Positions 9,575 to 22,652 of a DNA stretch of 64,000 nucleotides are shown here, piece by piece (within the stretch, counting starts at the first letter, position 1; each line of letters opens with the position of its first letter). Origin of the DNA: Bigelowiella natans CCMP2755 (Eukaryota; Protista; Cercozoa); NCBI GenBank assembly GCA_000320545.1, contig ADNK01001883.1, positions 1 through 64,000 on the forward strand, in the 5' to 3' direction. Position numbers and translations under genes: made by a program. Under the pieces are notes generated by a model that had not been told where the DNA came from, did no database searches, and saw only the letters and a program-made list of their open reading frames with translations.

Positions 9575-10290
9575 TCTTGAAAGAGCGATTGCCACGTGTT
9601 TTCTGGGAACGAATTTGCAAATGACCCGTGATTTCTGTGAGTTGTCTTGTGAAATCTGTCGAACAGATCTTGATGGCGTTGCTGGGGTTGCTGACTCACG
9701 TGGGTCAGATTGCGGAAATCCAGGAAATCAGCGCAATGAGTGATGCAGTCATTGCAGTCTTCGACTCTTCGACCGTTCACCTTGAAACAACAACGATTTT
9801 CCACACTTTTCTCCTTCTTCCAGTTCCCGCTAGCCCGGTACGGTTGCCAACACGCTGTCCTGCGCTAGCTGGAGGGAGCCTGTCCAACCTAGCAACATGC
9901 ACGCATGTGCCATGTCGATGTCAGTCTAGCAGTGGCCAGATGTCACGCAGTCTAGCAGTGCTGAGTGTTGGCGTTCCCAATTTGAACCGAATGTGAATGC
10001 CTTCGTGTCGGCGATACCATGCTAGCATGCGCATTGCAATTCAGTTTGGCAGATGTGTGGACATGGTGCACATCGTAGTCGTCGAACTGATGTCCAGATG
10101 TCTGCATGCTTCATAGAGGACTGCAGCACACAAGTGCACAACAATCATGGAATCCGCAGCACATGCACCGCCGTGCACAGTCTGCCACTGATGCAATTTT
10201 AATTAGTGTAGTGTGTTGAATCTTGAAATTTTAATTCCCAGAACATTCCATCAGCTACACCATCTCCACCAAAGTTGCTATGACACATGC

Positions 10291-11260
10291 TCAAAGCTTG
10301 CTCTGAAGTGCTTTTGCCGCTTGTTTCACTGCTTGTCGCGCAGCAAAATCCAACATGATTTCTTCGGAGCCCCCGGGGATCGCGTAGGCACGAACCTTTC
10401 AGCAGCGATGGAGCAGAGGGATACAAGCACAACATCAGTCGGCAAAAGACAATTTTCTACACATTACTATTACCACTAGCAATGGCAACCATTCTAGGAT
10501 GTCATTACTCCATTTACATTGGTTTCCTCTCCTATTATAGGTTAGTTCTACCTCGCGGTATATGCGTTCAACCCGCTCACCGACCCCACCGCGGACATAC
10601 GACGCGCCACCGAATATCTGCGCAGCCTCTCTTGCACAGTACTCCATTGCCTTCGTGCTGAAAGATCGAGTAGGTTTTCGATTAAAGGACGGTAAAGAAA
10701 TAGGTAGGAGGGAAAGAGAGAGCAAGAGTAGTGGGAGAGAATACTCTACAATAGATATTTAATGTGCTATTCCACCCCGACACCCAATTGAACAAATGCT
10801 CAAAACAACAGAGGAGAACTGCGAGTCAGCTTATTCCTGTTTTGCTAGGGAATCTACCTATGCGCTTTCATCAGAGCAATGGGACCAGAGAGGATCTTAT
10901 CACTCTTCGCTTTGTCCTTTGCAGTGGCCATTTGATATGTAATCTAAAAGACGGGCAGGGGTGGAGAAGTGTAATACAACATTGTGATGTTAGTGTCCCT
11001 CTTAGTATGTATCATCAGATTAACCCCTAAGGTCCTCTGTTCTACAGTAGCCGTTACTCTAAGCACGCATTTCTTTGTATTCTTTCATGAAGGTGTTAAG
11101 AATTCTTGCCTGCTCCAGCCAGGCGTGCGTCGAGTCGATTTGCCGCGCCATCTCGGATATTTTCCACCGAATCACCTACAACCGATTTTTAAAAGGCGAA
11201 GAGAATGAGCCGCTCCTTCCTCCAGCAACATTGTTGCTGTGCAATATTCATACACGCGCG

Positions 11261-11299
<39 letters not shown>

Positions 11300-11568
11300 C
11301 ACACATCACACATCACATCAAAACATACCTGGTGATCCACTAATTTCTTGTCGAACGTCTCTCTTCCCATCGCATAGTTGAAGGCGTCCTCTAAGCATAC
11401 CCGTGCCAGTCTGTTCGCCTAAGAAAAAGTCAAGTGTAAACTTGCTCGGATAGGGGCGGGGAACTGGAAAAATTATGTTTTTTATTTTTCCACTAAATAT
11501 ATAATATATACACATATCTATGTATGCAGTGAAACGGACATGTCTAGTCCCAGTCTCTCCCTCCCACC

Positions 11569-11650
<82 letters not shown>

Positions 11651-13535
11651 ACACACACGCTATCTCAATCTAACCTGCACGACGAAACCCCAGCGCTCGT
11701 GGTTGAAGTTCCTCATTATCTAAGCAACGAGGGACCGGACGTAGAAGGCGATGATAGAGGAATACAGGGTAAGGGCAGGAGATCGTTCGTATATTTAAAC
11801 CCTAGATATCTTACACTTCTGCCCATACTACCCCTGCTACTACTACCTCTGCTACTGCTACTACTCCTACTACAACTACTACTGCGACGGCCACGACGAG
11901 GAGGAGTTCTAGTAGTAACTCTGCTAAGATTCACCAACCATCTTGAAGCCGTTGCCTTCCATGCCTATCAGGTTTTTCGCAGGGACCTGAGCCACAAATA
12001 TGGCCGACAATTGAAAGATACGACCGTATCAGTTTAAAATATAAACACGCACACAGACACAATCGAAACGAGAGATAGAGAGGAGGGGGAGGTAGATTGA
12101 TAGAACTGAGAGATGAGAGCAGACCCCACTACCTTGACATCTTCGAGAGTAATGTACGTCGTTCCTGAGGGCCACACTCCTGAGCATTTCATGTGCCGGC
12201 AATTCAGCCCTTCCATCCCCTTCTCAAGCAGTAGCAGCGAGAGTCCGCCCATTCCTTTACCTATTGAGGAGGGGTGTAGACGAGTCAGATAAAAGTCCCT
12301 GTATTCAATAATAATAAGTCTAGCAGATTAGCTAATCCGAGTACTGCAAGCTACAACCTCCAGTGCGCACAGCAACGGTGAAAAAATCGGAGAAGATGCC
12401 GTTCGTGATCCACTTCTTCGCGCCGTTCACAATGTAGTAGTCGCCCTCTTTCCTTGCTGTCGTCCTGGCGGTGCAAAACATCAAAGCATGAGAGAGAACA
12501 TGCACGCACGATTGGACGTATGTCGATAACATCTGAACTAATTGCTACCTAAGATTTGCCACATCAGAGCCTGCCCAAGGCTCGGAGATGCAAAGACAAA
12601 TCAGCTTTTCCCCCGACAGGCACGGGCCGACCACTTTGTCCTTTAAATATCTGAGCACAAGAGGGGGAGCAGTACGTTCAATCCCGTATAAACATACAAA
12701 TCGTTTCGAAGATTCAAAGGGTAGTGCCGAAATGAAAACGTTGATCTAATCTAAGCACAAGCCCACTTGCATTTTTTGCCGCGATGGTGTTGACGTCTCT
12801 CTTCATACGATGACTTACGTACTTGGAACCAAAGTTAATTACGGGAGGGAGACCAATCTGAATTCCCTCGAAAAGGCCCCAGAGAACGCCTCCAGAGCCG
12901 CACCGTGCTAGTTCGTCAATCAAGATCAATTCGTGAAATGCATCGAAGTTTTCAGGGCCGGCAGTTTTTGCGTATTCTTTCGGCCAAGGTGCGCCTACCA
13001 CGCCTAATAAAAGGGGATGAATTTGCTATTATCAGAATCTCAAAAACCACGGAAATACATATGTGTGCCATGGAATGAAACTAAATCTACTTGAGACGAC
13101 GTAGTGTGGTGAATAGTAGTGACACAGCAAAACATAACATAGCACAACACAACACACACACACATACACACATGCACCCATACACACACAGACCGGGAAG
13201 GAGTCCAGCGTCCGCAAATTTGACATACAGATCGCGCGGCAATCTGTACTCTTTTGATGCATCCCACTCGGAGCAGTTCGGAATGATTTCCTCCTCAACA
13301 AACTCCCTCACCTTTGCTCGCCATTTTTTATGCGATTCAGTGTAGTAAGGGCTGGAGAATCCCTGGTACCTAGGTGCAAGAAAGACAAAGAATTGAGGAA
13401 TTTTATGAATTTGGTAAAATATATGGCCTCTCTGCTCGATTTTTTCTCTCCCACGATTTTGGTATACCAGTTTGGATCCCCATAGGGCATAAGGTCGCCA
13501 AAACCAGCAGCCGACTTTGAATCATTGGACGCCAT
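10291..13535 (-). CDS. acyl-CoA dehydrogenase, multi-exon, C-terminal SKL
   Basis: Exons encode YGDPNWY, REFVEEEIIP, FHELILIDELARCGSGG, CLCISEPWAGSDVANL, YIVNGAKKWITNG, AAQIFGGASYVRGGVGERVERIYRE and the last exon VRAYAIPGGSEEIMLDFAARQAVKQAAKALQSKL*. Alternative start at 13562. Confidence 0.93.
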
Positions 13536-13967
13536 CGTTGATCGTACCTTCTTCGACAACATGCCACACAACTATCTTCACACTCGTCGAGAATCTATAC
13601 CATGCACACTGATCCACCAAATTTCCATCACAGTAACTAATTTGTATTTCCCCTCCCCTCCCCTCCCCTCCCCTCCCCCCACCATACCGCAGCGACAGAA
13701 GCGAAGATTTCGGAAGATATGGTCGAGATATATCCTTAAACGTTGTCGCAGGAATAAAACAGATGCCGTTCAGTACCTAGCCACGAATTTTGCCACGATC
13801 CTCGCGGAAAACAGCGATTTTAGGCTATTTTAAGCCGGTTTACCCCCTGTCTTACGTACCAAATCCCATTGAATTAAAGGCAAGAAAGCAAGTGGGGTAC
13901 CTTCAATCGGGAACACTCAAACGCAGGCGAATGCGCTAAGAAAGCCGGTACGAGTAGGGTTTTTGCA

Positions 13968-14404
13968 ATGGAAAAGAAATACCGTAGATATTCATTGCTT
14001 AAAATTTTGACCAGCTCGTTCGATGATGTTGGGAGGCGTCCGGCTTCCGATGAATTACCGACTGTGGTAAAAATTCGTAGCTTGGTTTTGCTTTGGCCGA
14101 GCTATTTTACGTTTAAATGCAAAAATACATGCCATTTTATACCTAAGACAACTCAATTTCGTCTCTTGCAGTTACTCTCGTTACGCTCCGTTCCCTCATT
14201 TGCACATTACTCGAGATTATTCCTCCGAAAAGCACAGGGACGCAAAGAGAAGACCAACTGCACCTCGCGGCGACGGACACTGGTGGGCTTCTGTCTCGGA
14301 AAGAAAAGATATTCCTAGAGGAATCCAGGTTGAAGCAGGGGAGGGGTTGTGCAGAAATTCTTGTCGCGAAGCACACAGGGAACACGCATGCTGGATGGGA
14401 GTCT

Positions 14405-14464
<60 letters not shown>

Positions 14465-17352
14465 CCAGCAAACGCTCAGTACAACTTTGCATGCAACTTG
14501 TTACACATAACAGAGCGGAGGACAATGGAAGCTAGGATCAAGTTATCGAAAATCAGCTGCGTTCTGCCCCAAGTCCAGCAATCAGCCTTCATCGAAGCAG
14601 ATTTCGATTACATCGGTGAAGGAGGCCGAACCGAGATCCGGCGCGACACCAAAACACCACGATTTACGCGTAAAATTGATGTTGAATTTTCTGCTGTGGC
14701 ATCCAACCTCCTTACAGCATCTTGCACGTTGACACTGAGATCGGTCAACATCTTTAGCACCAGCAACACTGAAGAACATCTTATTATTGGGTCGGTGAAA
14801 TGTCGGCTGGACACTCTCATGCTCGCTCCGAAGAAGCACCAGCTGCTGCTCTGGAAGAAAGGAAAGGCAGTTGGTAAGATATTTTTCCATTGCTCGGCCG
14901 AATGCAAGACACTGGCCAAAATCCAGCTACTCAACGTGGGCCTCCATGGCCTCCCAGAAACCAAACCAAAAGCAAAGCCCTTCCTGGTGATGTGACATTT
15001 ATATGAATGAGAGATGCCTGCTTTGATTTATTTTGATAAGTATGTACCACGGGTGTTTGCATGTCCCAAACATGCAGATCTTCCCATACTTTCCCTTCAG
15101 TTACTACGCTGTGTATTTATTCTCTATGTGTGTTCTATTGGTCTGTTTTCTTCTCTCTATCACGGTAGGGTGTAAGCCTCATACAGCGAACTTCAAAACC
15201 CTTGCAACAGCCCGAGTTTCCGCACGTTTTTACCCCGAAAAGCAGCACTTGGACATGGAAGAAAGTATCAGCGCTATCGTTAATGGCTGGCACCATGAAA
15301 CTCATGAAAACTAGCATCATTGTCAACTTGCACTTTAAAGAGAACAATGTCTTTGCCTCTGCGCGTGTGCCGATGGCAAAGATTATGGAAGCATCATTTG
15401 CAGGGAGAGACGCCGAGGTATGTTAACGAGTGTGTTTTTTACTATATCAAAATCCACTCTCTTTTCTTTGCCCTTTTCTATCTGTCTATGCTTCATCAAT
15501 TTCGACCGAGACTCATGAGACTTTAGTAAACTTCCGGTACTAATCTCTGTGCACGTGTCACTGTACTTTCCCTCAAAACAACATCTACAACGCACACACT
15601 ACGGCCTCAGGTGAAATCCAAGATGAGAATTTCTCGCGGATCTTCTCTTCCAAGCGGAAGTATATTTTGCACCGCGGCGTTCACGGTGCGCGCGACACGC
15701 CTCTGTAAGTACGCGCAAATGCAAGAAGGCGTGCATTTGACCGGTAAGATAGTTGATGGACGCCACATCTTTCCGGATCTTCCTACCCCAATACTAAAAC
15801 ACGAACGGCCTAACGACTACCACGAGCAATATGCGCAACTGAAGCGGTTACTAGAAGCCCCAGCTGCTCGACGATCTTCTATCTCTCGGACAATTCAGGC
15901 CCTCATCGCTGTGGAGGAGATGAAAAGGAAGGAGGAGGAAGAAGAAGAAAAGTTAAAGACGAGATCAACCATGCGAAATAACTTTCTAGGTAGTTCCTCT
16001 TTATTGCATTATTTACATTTTTCCTTTTTTCTTTTCTTTTTCCCTCCCCCCTCTATCTTTTTTATCTCCCCCATCGATGAAGCTTGGAAGTTCTCTGTAG
16101 TAGAAAAGAATTGATGAATGGGATGGAGACAGAAAGAGGGGGAGAGGGGGATACCAGACATTGTTTCACGTTACAACAGTCACGAAATTATCTCACCCCA
16201 TTTGAACTCGCTATTCAGGAGCTGAACTCGAAAAAGGTGTTGTTCAGGGAAAAGTTTACAAGCCAGGGGAATCACCAGAAAAGGGAGTCATTCAAGGCAA
16301 TGTTTTTAGGCCAGGAGAATCATCAACACCTATTGTTGAAGGCACCGCCGTCAAAGCTGGCAATAGCGGTCTTAGTGTAGAAGGGACCGTGCTCACATCA
16401 GAATGGGGCGAATCCCACCAAAGGTTGGAACACGGCGCACAACCAGAGACGGTGGCAATTGCGCAGGGGGTCGTCGTTAGACCGAGTGATCACGTTGAGG
16501 TACAGACACAACACGCGCACACACTCACACATGCACTCATGCACAAGTACGCACAAGTGTAAGGAAGCAAAACATTAATTGGCTTAGGGCACTATTCTCT
16601 CCCGTGACTCAAAATCGAGATCACCGTCGCGAAGCAGAAAAGGTAAATGGCGGCGCGTGCCCGTGAGGTTCCTTAAGCGCCCGTTTGGTTTTCATCTGGC
16701 TTCCGAGGGGAAGAAGACATGGGTTGATACCGTGTCGCGCAGTCAGCTGAAAGGCAAGATCCTCCCAAACTCTCGAATATACAAGATCGACGGGATTCCA
16801 TGCTCAGATATGGGGTTCAAAGACATCGTTGCACTTCTGCGTACGTGTAAGGTCCCATGTGTCATCAAGTTCAAGGTGCCCCCTCCAGACACCCATGGCC
16901 CGCGCGACTCGATCTTGGCTTCCCGTGCGAAGCAGAAAAAGTTTAATGAGTGGTAATAAAATATGGTGTATGCGAGTTGGACAAGTACGCACGTAGGGTC
17001 CTAGACATGATGTATGGAGTGAGAGAGTGGTGAGCGCATGAGAGGTAGCAATGTTATAGGGCACGCTAGACATGCAGCCAATAACACTTCTCTGTACGAA
17101 ATATTTAGGTACGACGTTGCGGTCCATCCATCCCTTGAACATATCAACTGCGCCCCCCTGAATAGCCCGCATAGCCCACCGGTGCTGGCGCCAGGGTGGG
17201 AAGTAATCTACGATTCCAACTCCAAACTCCCGTTTTACCGGAATAAGTTCACAGGTAAGACGCAGTGGGAGGTTCCAACAAAGCAAGCCGTACAGGCATG
17301 GGCACCCCAAGAAGGGGATAGATCAGGCGACTCCAAATCTTTCGTGATTTGA
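13968..17352 (+). CDS. multi-exon scaffold protein with C2-like region(s), PDZ and C-terminal WW domain; 5' exons uncertain
   Basis: PDZ-like RPFGFHL...ILPNSRIYKIDGIPCSDMGFKDIVALLRTCKVPCVIKF (16660-16880). WW LAPGWEVIYDSNSKLPFYRNKFTGKTQWEVP (17184-17277). Beta-rich C2-like exon at 14525-14990 (TKTPRF...HLIIGSVKCRLDTL). Confidence 0.7.
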
Positions 17353-17999
17353 GAACGTAATTTAAGAAAACGTGATTGTTGTTAGTAAGCCAGCAGAGGT
17401 TCAGAGAGATCCTTGGGATGCATCCCGATGTAGCAAATGTTCCATGAGATAGGCAAACACACGTGCTGTCATCTTGTCACATGTATGTTGTATATATCAC
17501 ATGGATGGACAAGTCCTGGCAGCAGATATTATATATTATTATTTGGCATCGCAGCCGTACATCGTCGTGACACATCTTATCTAGCAGGCATGTCATGATT
17601 TTTTTTATTTATTACTCCAGGAGAGACGTACCACACAAATATACAAAGCCACATTAAGCGTCGCTGTACATGCCGTCAACATGTTTGTGACTTACACTGT
17701 CCAAATGTATTTTTTGTCTTACATTGCTTACACGCGCTGTGTACGAATACGATGCGCGTGCATGATCGCTGTATATACCATGCTATCATTTGACGTAAAA
17801 TATTATTCCGTTCTGCTATATCGTGGCGTTGCTAATGGTACGACGTAGAATATTTTCACACTGCACTGCTTGAATGACAAGTGCGCATAAAATTTTCTAG
17901 GAACAAGTAAATTCAGCTCATCGAGTGATGAAAGCAAATTCATGCTGGGCGCTGGTTTACAGAGTAACTAATTCGATGCTTCTCCCCGCATGTGTGTTA

Positions 18000-19217
18000 T
18001 TATTCTGCAACGAGGACTTCAAGGACATTAATCGCATAATCATGTACACCTCGACATCCCAAGAATGGCGGGAGGCCAACGAGAACCCAGCCTATGACAG
18101 GAAGTGCCCACACCAATGCACTCACCATAATGTATCGCCTCAACATACGTGTCGCTGATATTGGTTCTCTGGTGTCGCTGTCGACTACGATAGTCCCTCC
18201 AACAACTGAAAATCATAACAGCAACCATTTGTTACAATCGAGGAGCTATGCAATGGGAGAAATTCAAATATTTTACAAATAATCATGAGAAAACATACAT
18301 TTCCCAAAGTCCTGCGCCTTGAAGAGGAGGAATGGGAAATCGATGACGAACATCAACCCCGCCAAGATAGAGGCAGCTTTCAGGTATTCCAGGTACTGGT
18401 ACGCAATTTCCATCGTTGTTGATTTAAACAAATCCATGCGGAAAAAGTCGAAACGTAATCTTCCAGAAAACGCCTCGAAGTGTGTGCAAGAAACCGCAAT
18501 CAAAATATATGGTAGAAGACCCAAGATTTTCAGACCGAGAGAGGCAGAGGAGGCATTTTTCTGGCCTATAATTCCCTGTACAGATGCTCGCTTACGTGCA
18601 CGAATCACTGTATTTCGCAGCCCGTGTGCGAATCTTCGCGATTTTTCACATTTGTTCAGCATCGGGTGCGGCGAAATTGCCATCGACCATTGAGAGCTCA
18701 TGAGGTGTTTGGAACACAAAATTTGTTTGAACTCATTAAAAGAAAGCCTTCCGTCACCATCTTGATCAGCTTCTTCCATCATTGTGTCCAGTTCTTGCCC
18801 CGATACCCGCCGTTGCATTCGGTTCATCATATCGCCTAGGTTCCTTCTCGTCAGAAGGCCAGATCGCTCGGTATCACACTCGCGGAAGAAAGGCATCAAC
18901 GGGTCAAATAGTTCATTGCATTCAGCCTCAAACTTTACCATGGTAGAAATGGGGAGAATTCCTAGCTCTTCGAGCTCCTTCTCTTCCAGGTTCTTAAGTT
19001 TCGCCCCGTTGATATTCTTCTGCACGATTCTCCTCTTAATCTCGCAGGTGGCTTCATTGGAAGGGAGTTGAAGATCTATCGTTTCAATCCATTCAGCGAC
19101 GTCGTTACTCTTCCACTTAGCAGGGTCGCTGCTCGACGTACGTGCCTTCTTCGTTGGGCGCTGTCTCCCAGGAACAGCTTTCCGCTTGTGGCCGGAGGAG
19201 GAGGAGGGTTCGACCAT
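18000..19217 (-). CDS. SAM + EF-hand pair + RDD membrane-domain protein (2 exons: 19217-18299, 18205-18000)
   Basis: SAM WKSNDVAEWI...NINGAKLKNLEEKELEELGI. EF-hands DTERSGLLTRRNL and DQDGDGRLSFNEF. Splicing GTATGT..TTTTCAG joins AQDFGKF to VGGTIVVDSDTREPISATRMLRRY...RGVHDYAINVLEVLVAE*, the RDD-type QxxGK...R..HD motifs. Confidence 0.8.
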
Positions 19218-19567
19218 TTCTAAATAGAAAAAATCAGCACTTGTTTATTATCATCGTTTTTGGAAAGAACGCCCTGAGATTATGCAGGACGTCAACATTT
19301 TTTCAGATTTCGCATGGCACCTAGGCCCTGTTGCTAATCGGCCGTCTGCCTTTCTGACCAGTACCAAAAGGCCGATTTGTATTTGAATTAGAGGAAGGGT
19401 CGCCAAACTGCAGTAAAACGTCCTGGTTTTCATTAGGTGAAGTACAGAAGTACTTTCCCATAATTATTACCCTGCGTCAAGGCTCTTCGCATGTCGCACA
19501 CTAATGAATCGACATCTCGGGCATCACTCCGAATCGGACGGCGAAGCGGTCGGAAGTTGGCACCCAC
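19218..19567. promoter_or_regulatory. putative bidirectional promoter (SAM-EF-RDD / nitronate monooxygenase)
   Basis: 350-bp spacer between divergent start codons. Confidence 0.5.
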
Positions 19568-20752
19568 ATGCAATGGCCTTCACGGGTGGCCAGGCTGCTA
19601 GAGAGGCTCCGCATGCGAATTCCAATCATCCAAGCCCCGATGGTTACCTCGCAATTGATCTATATTTACGAGACGAATTTCTAAGTCATTCTTAGAAATG
19701 AATGCCATTAATTATTTCTAGGTTGGTGCAAGTGACTCTTCCATGGCAATGGCCGTCGGGAAAGCTGGCGGCCTAGGATCACTGCCGTGCGCGACAATTT
19801 CGGTCACCAATGCACGTGACGAAATTAATAAAATAAGATCTGGGCAGCGGGAAAATCAGCCGCTGAATCTGAACTTCTTCTCCCACAAGCCGGAAGTTTG
19901 CACAATAGAGCACCATCAGCAATGGCTATCAGCCCTAGATCGATACTACAAGGTAGCTTGCACAACAGAGCGAAATGAAATCGTGCGTTCCACGATTTTG
20001 AACATAAGATTTACAGGAGGAGAATCTGGAAGCTATTCTGCCTGATCTGGAATCCGTACCCAAACGCGCCCCCTTTGGAGACGAGATGTGCCTTCTAGTC
20101 GAGGAAATGAGACCGGAGGTATTTTGGTGCGCCTTTATCCACAGCTCGTTTTAGAACGGATTCTCGCCACTTTTAGTTTCGAAATATTCTTTTTCAACCA
20201 TACGTCCCCACACGTGTCCATATCAACACCGTAAATGCTTCAAGGTTGTTAGCTTTCACTTCGGTCTCCCATCCCCCCCCTTACTGGACCGCGTAAAAAA
20301 TGCTGGGAGTTTCTTGCTGGGATGTGCTACGACCGTACAAGAAGCACGATGGCTACATGCTAATGGAGGTCCTTGCAGCACAACCGCGTCAGCTTTTCTC
20401 GCAAAGGATCATCCCTCTGATGCAATATCGTCTTTACCTAGTTGACGGAATAATTGCCCAGGGATATGAAGCTGGAGGGCACAGAGGCAACTTCCTCACC
20501 CAAGATCTTGCCGCACAGGTTTTCGCAGTTATATTTTTCATGGCCTTTAACATGTTCTCGTTTATGTCCGAATGTCATCTGAGACTAGTCGTGAATTTTT
20601 GCTAAAGCCTGGCACTCTCGCCTTGGTCCCCCAATGCGTTGATGCTGTAGGAGACGAGATCCCCGTTATTGCCGCGGGGGGCATTGCCGATGGGAGAGGT
20701 ACGATGACACGTGGAGTGCCTTATATGCATCCATGTATTTGTGTGTGTATGT

Positions 20753-20787
<35 letters not shown>

Positions 20788-20918
20788 CGTTTATATGCTA
20801 GTGCGACGACTATTAATTTTAATGTACGTGTCGCCACCTCTCCCATTTCTGTATCTTTGACAGGGATTGCTGCGGCCATCATGTTGGGGGCCTCCGCGGT
20901 TCAGATCGGTGACAACGA

Positions 20919-20955
<37 letters not shown>

Positions 20956-21180
20956 GTATTTATTCCTTGACTCAAGGAAGAATAGAGGGGCAATCGACCA
21001 TAGTTTCGATGATATAGAGACTTTCTATATTCTTCTCATTATATCAATAGGAACATCATATCTCTTTAGCAAAGAGAGCACCGTGAGCAGCGTTCATATG
21101 GCTGAGTTGAGGCAGGCATCTGACTCCTGCACCGTCCTTACGAATATATTCTCTGGGAAACCCGCAAGGGGGTAAGTGTC

Positions 21181-21217
<37 letters not shown>

Positions 21218-22044
21218 ATATGTGCATGATTGTGAATTAGAGCTGGTAGAGGAGAGATGGAGAGAGAAGGAAAGAAGAAGAACAAATGGAAGAGAATCAC
21301 TGTAAGTCACTGTTTCTATGATCTGCATTTCTCTATCAGCGGCTTCCTGTTTCTCCCAGTGTCCCTCGTCTTTCCCTCTCACTCTCCCCCCCCCTGTCAC
21401 TAATGTCAGGATCGCTTGCCGTTTAGTCCAGGAGATGGGTGCAATCTCTGGAGCAGTTCCTCCTTATCCCGATGCAGGGGTGGCGCTCAAACAGCTGCAA
21501 AACCGTGCCGAACAGCAGGGAAGAGCTGACTTCTCCATGATGTGGTGCGGCCAGGTTGGTAATAGAAACGAGCAGCGGCTATTTGTGGTGAGAAAGAGAG
21601 GGTTTAGAGATTTAACCCTGTTTGGGTAGGCGGCATAGTGTGTCGCTTTCCTTGGATGAGAAAGAGGAGAGGAATGAATTGGAACTTGTACAATCAGAGC
21701 GCCGGTCTTTGCGCCGCCAGGGCAAAGCAAGGTGAAAAGCTCTGCACGCATAGGAGCGGAATATCCAACAACTGAAACCTCGAATGCGCATTTGTTATAC
21801 ATGATGAGAAAGCGTGCGATGATATGCTGCCATAGCACTTTTATCGCACAGTTTTTTATCTCTCTTCTAACACCTGCTGACACGATGTACAGCTGAACAT
21901 GAGAGGAAGAAGGCGAGAGACCCAGTAATTGCTGGGGATGATCCATGTTTCGTCGAGAGTGCGACAGACATGACAAACAGACTCGCAGATGAGGCACAGT
22001 CCTGCTTGGGAGGAATGGGAAGGAGTGACGAAATTTATCGATGA
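19568..22044 (+). CDS. nitronate monooxygenase (2-nitropropane dioxygenase, FMN-dependent), multi-exon
   Basis: MRIPIIQAPM|VGASDS..AVGKAGGLGSLP, LNLNFFSH, VSFHFGLP, DGIIAQGYEAGGHRGNF, GTLALVPQ..PVIAAGGIADGRG, LGASAVQIG, FSGKPARG, DFSMMWCGQ. Confidence 0.92.
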
Positions 22045-22652
22045 TTGGTCTATGGCAGTTCATTAACCCTTCTAACAAAAGCAGCCTATAAATATGAAAA
22101 TATTTTACAAGATTTATCAAAGCTTTTGTGCTACCAGTATGGACGGCGTGCATGGCTATCGCTGCTAGCGCAATATATAATATCTTGAATATTCTGGGGG
22201 TATCACCCACACCAACAGGCGTGGATAATTATAGACTGCATAAATAAGGGCGCGGCACCGAGAATATGGGCATTTCATTCCTTCACCAGAGCGTCGCGCT
22301 CCGGGGAATTGCTTACGGCTGGAATTCTATGCTCTTTACACGATTCGAAGATTATAATCATGCACACATGTGGACATGACGGGTTACGCCTTAACTGTAC
22401 GTTCAGGGAGCAGAAACTCCTTGTCCGCATAGCGCAAAAAGGATAAGTGATATGGGTGCATCATAGCAATCATTATTACTATTCGTGACAATTCACACGG
22501 CTTTCATTGATTTTTTACGAGGCTAAATAGTTAGGTGTTGCATCAGCTGTTGCAACCTTCCTGTAGTATGTATGCATGCCTAATTGCGACCTCGGTACTA
22601 CTACTCGAGTAACCATAGTATGATGCGAGCAATTCATCAACAGTGACTTCTC

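Noticed and set aside
9232-9624. 130-aa antisense ORF spanning the LTR
   Set aside because: No ATG start and no recognisable motif; a stop-free frame of this length can be chance
21464-22210. 248-aa minus-strand ORF
   Set aside because: Antisense to the last NMO exons, non-ATG start, no motifs
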